This document shows positions 23,463 through 28,488 of a stretch of DNA of 28,488 nucleotides, piece by piece. The stretch comes from a virus. Taxonomy: Duplodnaviria > Caudoviricetes. The notes below the pieces were generated by a model, which worked only from the letters and a program-made list of their open reading frames with translations, made no database searches and was not told where the DNA came from. Every line of letters begins with the position of its first letter. Within the stretch, counting starts at the first letter, position 1. The stretch lies in IMG/VR virus record IMGVR_UViG_3300046532_002691, positions 1 through 28,488 of that record. One strand, written 5' to 3'. The position numbers and the translations under genes were made by a program.

Positions 23463-24314
23463 TTATCCCATTACGACAATTTTAATGTAATCGCCCGTCC
23501 AGCTAGTCGTAGTGGGAGAATTGCCGCTCGTGCTGCCCTTCGTGTATCCTTGGGAAGCAAGTTGAACCACTACATTTGCGGAGGCTGGACTGACAACGTA
23601 TGCGCCGTAGAAGAATCCACTTGATCCTGCCCATTCTTGGTTCACGACATGTTGCGAACCTGAATCTGAACCAGTGTCGTTAGCGTAAACATTAACAATA
23701 ATGTCGGACGTCCCCAGCGCATGAGGAACAGTGAGTGTTGCCCCATCTGCCACAGTCGTGCCTCCGACCGCCTGAACCCAGCCAGTAGAATATTTGTTAA
23801 CCGTACCCCCATCCGCCCAAACTGCATTTGCACCCGTCCCTTGGGTTTTCAGAAATTGCCCCGAAGTGCCAAAACCCAGCCTCTCAGGCGCACCGGATGC
23901 CCCGTAAATTAAAACATCACCTTGAGTGCCATCCGCCATCTTAGCCGCCGTCACCGCGTCATCCGCGATCTTCGCAGTTGTCACGTTGGCATCTAAAATG
24001 TTTGAGGTTGCGACTGAATCCGCGTCCAGGCCAACCACCCCCGCATTGGTAACAGTGGCGCCACTTAGGGTTACATAAGTGGGAACCCCTGTTGCACTGC
24101 AAATCGGGATCTGCCCGTCAGTACCGGAGGCGAGTTTATTAAGTCCGATGCCGGCGGACGCTGCAATTTTCGCATTCGTCACCGCCCCCGCTGCGATCTT
24201 TGATTCGGTAATGGCGGACGAATTTATAACAGCGTCATCCACGAGCGAGTTCATCTCACTGGCGGTTACCGTTTCGCCACTGGTAAATATTTTTCCTTTT
24301 GTAATGTCAGGCAT
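23463..24314 (-). CDS. Short tail fibre-like protein
   Basis: Repeated [IV]TxAK[IM]A units and the GTSGQFLKTQGTGANAVW fibre motif. Confidence 0.7.
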   Translation of the reverse strand: MPDITKGKIFTSGETVTASEMNSLVDDAVINSSAITESKIAAGAVTNAKIAASAGIGLNKLASGTDGQIPICSATGVPTYVTLSGATVTNAGVVGLDADSVATSNILDANVTTAKIADDAVTAAKMADGTQGDVLIYGASGAPERLGFGTSGQFLKTQGTGANAVWADGGTVNKYSTGWVQAVGGTTVADGATLTVPHALGTSDIIVNVYANDTGSDSGSQHVVNQEWAGSSGFFYGAYVVSPASANVVVQLASQGYTKGSTSGNSPTTTSWTGDYIKIVVMG

Positions 24315-24523
24315 TAGTTTGCTCCTTCAATCTGTCGTTCCAATTCGTTAATATAAATTCCAAGCTGGCGTATCAACACGGTCCCTTCAGGTGTGGCAGT
24401 GCAATGTTCCATCCCGATTTCATTCCTCGCCGCTATCTCGCTGAACCCGTTCAGCTTCACCGTCAAGCACCCGCTGCTTACGGCGAGCAGTAGCCCTAGC
24501 AATAATATCTTCGACCTCTTCAT
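24314..24523 (-). CDS. Outer-membrane spanin (Rz1-like lipoprotein)
   Basis: MKRSK + hydrophobic stretch + lipobox VSSG-C; overlaps the 3' half of the i-spanin in another frame. Confidence 0.7.
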   Translation of the reverse strand: MKRSKILLLGLLLAVSSGCLTVKLNGFSEIAARNEIGMEHCTATPEGTVLIRQLGIYINELERQIEGAN

Positions 24524-24638
24524 TTTTGTTCTCCATTCGCTTCTGAGCCATCTGCGCGGTTGCTATATCCTGAAGCCCCTCAATCGCGTCAATGATGCGA
24601 GGTAACGCAGCAAGACCTTTGAGTGCCGCTAATATCAT
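24420..24638 (-). CDS. Inner-membrane spanin (Rz-like)
   Basis: Hydrophobic N-terminus then a charged coiled coil; lies between holin and lipoprotein. Confidence 0.6.
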   Translation of the reverse strand: MILAALKGLAALPRIIDAIEGLQDIATAQMAQKRMENKNEEVEDIIARATARRKQRVLDGEAERVQRDSGEE

Positions 24639-24832
24639 TTGCCTTTAGCGGAATACTCCTTGAGAGCATCCACAATGCTTTGCCCGCCGATGTAGGATGG
24701 TACGATAATAATAACCGCACCAATCACGTTCTCTGCCACGGCTGGTGACAGGTTCAACCACTCGGTAGCCAGCACAGTCAAAAGACCGCCGATAGCCATC
24801 CAGAGCTTTCTTGATTTCAATTTATCTTTCAT
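24635..24832 (-). CDS. Holin
   Basis: KLKSRKLWMA start, two TM helices and a YIGGQSIVD motif typical of small phage holins. Confidence 0.75.
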   Translation of the reverse strand: MKDKLKSRKLWMAIGGLLTVLATEWLNLSPAVAENVIGAVIIIVPSYIGGQSIVDALKEYSAKGK

Positions 24833-24989
24833 CTTTATTATTTTTTATCAGTTGTTTTATCTTTAGAATAATGTAGACCAAACTAGCCACACTAATCAGA
24901 ACGTGGAGAATCGTATCTAACTCCATCATCCAATTTCCTAGGCCAACGCCAGACGCTAACGCCGTTTTGATATCGTTTAAGTCGATCAT
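24822..24989 (-). CDS. Small membrane protein (55 aa), holin/antiholin-like
   Basis: Read by hand: MIDLNDIKTALASGVGLGNWMMELDTILHVLISVASLVYIILKIKQLIKNNKDER; AGGAG upstream. Confidence 0.65.
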   Translation of the reverse strand: MIDLNDIKTALASGVGLGNWMMELDTILHVLISVASLVYIILKIKQLIKNNKDER

Positions 24990-24990
24990 T

Positions 24991-25491
24991 CTAATTCTCC
25001 TCTGCCTCGCGCCGTTCGCGTTCCAATTTAGCGTCAGGGTCTTCAGGCCAGTTCGCAGTAATCGCCATCAGTGATTCTATGCTGGTAGCCTCCTCGATCT
25101 GTCCGCCCTGACGGTTAGCCTCTGTGCGAACTTCTGTCCGGTACTCACTCCACTCCGCTGCAATTCCGGTACTCACTTCGGCTTGCTTCACAATCATCCA
25201 ATCGCTACTAGCTAACATCGAGTGTGCTGCACGGTTGGCATCACCAATCATCCCCCGCTTGAGCATATCCAAATCTTTGGGCGTACTCACAACTGCACCA
25301 TCAGAATCGACGCTATTATAATAGAAGCGTTCGTTCTTAAATATCAGCGCAGGGTCGTCTTTCCATTCGATGCCTTGAGCCGATTTATCCTCTGCCCCAG
25401 CCAGCCGCAACCAGTTGGCAGGGAAACTGATGTCGTTCAGCGTGAATGCTCTGTCGAGTGGTAACTTTTTGTTGTCGTGGTAATAACTCAT
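24991..25491 (-). CDS. Tail fibre assembly chaperone-like protein
   Basis: FPANWL, LASSDWM, WSEYRTEVR and NWPEDP motifs; directly after the fibre gene. Confidence 0.7.
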   Translation of the reverse strand: MSYYHDNKKLPLDRAFTLNDISFPANWLRLAGAEDKSAQGIEWKDDPALIFKNERFYYNSVDSDGAVVSTPKDLDMLKRGMIGDANRAAHSMLASSDWMIVKQAEVSTGIAAEWSEYRTEVRTEANRQGGQIEEATSIESLMAITANWPEDPDAKLERERREAEEN

Positions 25492-25500
25492 AATAGTTTC

Positions 25501-28389
25501 CTAGCGGGCGTTTGCGTATTTTAGGCTCTGCCCAACCGCATAATAAATTACAGTTCCAGCGTTCAAGTCCGCATCACTGGTGCGAATCTTAAACCCGTTG
25601 CTTAAAATGTCTATGTGGTCAGTGGTTGCTTCGATTGCGCTGCTGTTTGCCATCAGGTCATCGTTGTCCACGTTGTACCCCTCGCGCTTGTCATCGAACA
25701 TTAGCCAGTTGCCGCCGGTTGAATCGTAACGCTTGGCTAAAATGAATGATGGACGAAAGCCCGTGTAAATAAATGCGGTGGATGAGCCACTGAACGAACC
25801 CACCTTTGAATACCCCTCAACACTGGCGAACATATACGCCACATAATCTTCAGCGGCTCTCCCGCCCATACCAACCGGTATTCCATCCCCCCCATAATTG
25901 AGGTAATGGTACATCATCGTGTCATTGCTGAAGTCAACGCTCGTCGCCCCAATGCTAGTCATTCCTGCGCCGTAGAAAGAAGTCGGCGTGCCTGTGGTAT
26001 CCAGACTCAAGAAAGAGCCACTGGTCACATCCTTATGGTATACCCACCAATTCGCCGTGCCATACGCAGATGTGCTAGTCCGTCCTTTAGCGATAATCAT
26101 TTCCGGTGCAACGCCGAGGCCGTGGTTTACGGTCTGTGTGGCCGTGGCAGAGGAGTCCCCTGTCCACTTGGCGATTGAGAATCCAGCGTCACTGTTGGCG
26201 TTACGCACGGGGTAGCTTGCCGGTGTGCCTACGGCTAAAGTTCCTGTCGTTGATTCGTTGGAAGTGGTGCTTTGAGTTATCCAAACTTCGCCATCGTAGA
26301 GTGTATCCGAAGTCGTGTAGGCAGTTTGTATAACCGTTGATCCGTTCTTGAGAGTCGCCCCCTGCTGGTCTAGGTCACCACCGGCACTGGAATTATAATC
26401 CCACACAATTTTAATCGCGTCCACATTGTTGGTCTTGATAACGTAATTCGCCGTAGATTGGTAGTACCCAACAGTAGCGAAGCCTAAAGAAGTCGTGCCT
26501 TCAATAACTTCAAGCCGAGGTGTGGTGTACATCATCATACCGCCCCAACCCATGTAATCGCTGGAGGTTAGTTCCAACGCCAACTCGTAGGTGTGTGTGC
26601 CGCTTTGCGTGACTTCGGTTCCGCCCTTCCAACTCCACGCGACCATCGAGGACGTTGAATAATTCGTCCCTGCCCCCACTGTAAATCCATCCGAGCCAAA
26701 CACAGTCAAGCCAGTGTTATCCGTGCTTTCCACTCCGGTATCATTGCTGCTCAACGCCTTCTCCACGCCTCTCACTGAATCGGTTAGCTCGTGGTCGTAA
26801 GTATTCCCCCGCGCCTTCACCCAAACTAAATCCGGTTGAAACCCAACGCCCGTTTTTGCTCCGCTCGATGCGTAAGTCAGCGTATTGAAATGCTCCGATG
26901 ACTTGGCGATTGTGGGTTCGGGGAGATTCTTCGTCGTCCAAGCCTTATAGCCCGCTGGTGGTTGCATCGTAAATTCACCGCCCGTATCGCCGCCGCTGGC
27001 ATCGGTGGTGTAGGTCGTTCCAGATTCGGTTCCTACGAAAGTAGCGTCTTGGCCGAAGTTGACAGTCAGACTCCCAGAGGTAGTCTGGGTAAGGTCAATG
27101 CACGGGTAAAAAGCATCCTCGCCGCCCGTGGGTAAGTCTGCTGAGTCGTACCCCGTACCCTCATTCCAAACCTTCATCGTTCGTGGAGAAGCGTCGAGGT
27201 CAAGAGCAATGCCAATTACAGTGCCAGCCGTGCCGTAGGTTCCTGCATCGGTTGTTTCCGGTGTGGAGGAGTTACAGTGCTTAATGCCCCCGTGGTAATC
27301 GGAGTAGCCTATTTCGCTTTCGGTTGACCAAGTTGAAGAACCCCCGTCTAACGCGTGGCTGCCGGATGGCCAAGTTGTGTTGACGCCCTTAAAGCCTACT
27401 TCATAAGAGCTGGCTAATGTTGTGTTCACCCGCACCTCGTAAAACCATTTACCCGATGAGGCTGCCATCGTTCCCATAATTCTTGGGAAGTAGCCAGCGG
27501 ATGAATCGTACCCACCAGTTGCCTTTAGGTTTCCTTCGCTGAAAGTTATTGCGCCGCGAGGTGGGCCGGATTGGGTATTTAAGGTACAGAAATTTGATTG
27601 GGGAGAATCCTCCACAACATCCGAGGCGGCGAGGTTGGTGGCTGTGAAATCGTTACCTTCCCCACTCACATCATTGCCGATGTCGGTGTCATCCTCGAAA
27701 TCAAGATGGAATCCATTCGTGCCATAGGTTCCGCTGAACGCTTTTGGTTTCCACTGGCCTGTGGTGGCGTCCTCTTCGGCAAAAGCGGTAGGTGCAGCGG
27801 CGGTTCCATCCACAAAATAGATGTCGCCAAGGTATCCATCAATATATTCAGCGGTAGTAGTGTAGGAGCCAATGGTGTGTATGTAACCTGTTCCCATCAA
27901 CCCGAACACAGTGTCTTGGGGTGGCTGATTGTCGCCATTCATCTCCTGCAAAACATTATTAACATACAACCTAATCCTATCCGAAGCGGCTGCTTGAGTA
28001 GTGTCCACCGACAGGCAAACATGAAGCCAAGCAGCTACATCCCTGAACTTGGCTTTGGTGTAATCGTTTACATTCAGGCTAGGATTGGTTTGGCAATTCC
28101 ATTCCAAGGTATCGTCAGCCTTGAACGCTAGTCGGTCATCAGCAGTAGAATGTGCGCTGCTGAATATTCGTTGGGCTGCTCCCAGTTTTGACCGCTTTAT
28201 CCAGCAAGCAAACGTGAAGGTCTGTCGGTCGCCATCAGCAGCAGGGTCACGGGATAGCCCTGAACTACTAGCCGAATCAAATCGGCACGACTTCGTGACC
28301 ACATCGCCGCCACCGCCAGCAGCAGCAGTCTCGCCAAAGCCAGCAGCAGCCGCTTTCATTATCAACGGAATTGTTCCTCCCAGTCCCAT
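25501..28389 (-). CDS. Tail fibre / receptor-binding protein with LamG/ConA-like and SPRY-like domains
   Basis: TFACWIKR, WLHVCLSVD and DGYLGDIYF (LamG); SSGKWFYEV and VIGIALDLD (SPRY); repeated GFQPDLVWVK / GVAPEMIIAK / GFRPSFILAK modules. Confidence 0.8.
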   Translation of the reverse strand: MGLGGTIPLIMKAAAAGFGETAAAGGGGDVVTKSCRFDSASSSGLSRDPAADGDRQTFTFACWIKRSKLGAAQRIFSSAHSTADDRLAFKADDTLEWNCQTNPSLNVNDYTKAKFRDVAAWLHVCLSVDTTQAAASDRIRLYVNNVLQEMNGDNQPPQDTVFGLMGTGYIHTIGSYTTTAEYIDGYLGDIYFVDGTAAAPTAFAEEDATTGQWKPKAFSGTYGTNGFHLDFEDDTDIGNDVSGEGNDFTATNLAASDVVEDSPQSNFCTLNTQSGPPRGAITFSEGNLKATGGYDSSAGYFPRIMGTMAASSGKWFYEVRVNTTLASSYEVGFKGVNTTWPSGSHALDGGSSTWSTESEIGYSDYHGGIKHCNSSTPETTDAGTYGTAGTVIGIALDLDASPRTMKVWNEGTGYDSADLPTGGEDAFYPCIDLTQTTSGSLTVNFGQDATFVGTESGTTYTTDASGGDTGGEFTMQPPAGYKAWTTKNLPEPTIAKSSEHFNTLTYASSGAKTGVGFQPDLVWVKARGNTYDHELTDSVRGVEKALSSNDTGVESTDNTGLTVFGSDGFTVGAGTNYSTSSMVAWSWKGGTEVTQSGTHTYELALELTSSDYMGWGGMMMYTTPRLEVIEGTTSLGFATVGYYQSTANYVIKTNNVDAIKIVWDYNSSAGGDLDQQGATLKNGSTVIQTAYTTSDTLYDGEVWITQSTTSNESTTGTLAVGTPASYPVRNANSDAGFSIAKWTGDSSATATQTVNHGLGVAPEMIIAKGRTSTSAYGTANWWVYHKDVTSGSFLSLDTTGTPTSFYGAGMTSIGATSVDFSNDTMMYHYLNYGGDGIPVGMGGRAAEDYVAYMFASVEGYSKVGSFSGSSTAFIYTGFRPSFILAKRYDSTGGNWLMFDDKREGYNVDNDDLMANSSAIEATTDHIDILSNGFKIRTSDADLNAGTVIYYAVGQSLKYANAR

Positions 28390-28392
28390 AGT

Positions 28393-28488
28393 CTACGCCT
28401 CTTCGGCTTTAGCTTCTTGGAACGAGAATGGCTTTGAGATTGGGCGACTCTTAGCCGCTTCCACTTCAGCAGCCATACCGGTTTCCCA
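28393..28488 (-). CDS. C-terminal end of an upstream gene (partial)
   Basis: Open frame WETGMAAEVEAAKSRPISKPFSFQEAKAEEA-TAG ending 3 nt before the fibre start. Confidence 0.5.
   Translation of the reverse strand, partial: WETGMAAEVEAAKSRPISKPFSFQEAKAEEA

Noticed and set aside
25501-28389. Diversity-generating retroelement acting on the tail fibre
   Set aside because: No reverse transcriptase and no template/variable repeat pair seen in the window.
1-28488. Apparent abundance of GGATCC and GCCGGC as a clue to MTase specificity
   Set aside because: Impression only; it needs a k-mer count against a codon-aware background, which I cannot run.

Overview
The window is a 28.5-kb segment of a temperate, probably short-tailed (podovirus-like) dsDNA phage. 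A spanin pair points to a Gram-negative host, and no host genes are visible. Left (1-7245, minus strand): replication/early module with a partial terminase-small-like gene, a putative origin, a CHC2-TOPRIM-AAA primase/helicase, a dual-frame C5 DNA methyltransferase, a DnaA-C-like HTH, an exonuclease, SSB, a resolvase and an excisionase-HTH/lytic transglycosylase fusion. Middle (7087-9890): a switch made of two divergent ribbon-helix-helix genes with repeated operator-like sites, three small genes (one KOW-like, one possibly histone-fold), a tyrosine integrase and an attP-like repeat region. Right (9884-28488, minus strand): metallophosphoesterase cluster, three ejection-type virion proteins (one a 1979-aa polyvalent protein with HExxH, HhH-glycosylase-like and ADP-ribosyltransferase-like modules separated by a repeated [YF]MP linker), a riboflavin-kinase-like gene, tail tubular proteins, holin/spanins with no endolysin, and tail fibres. 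All product calls come from motifs read by eye; no searches were run.
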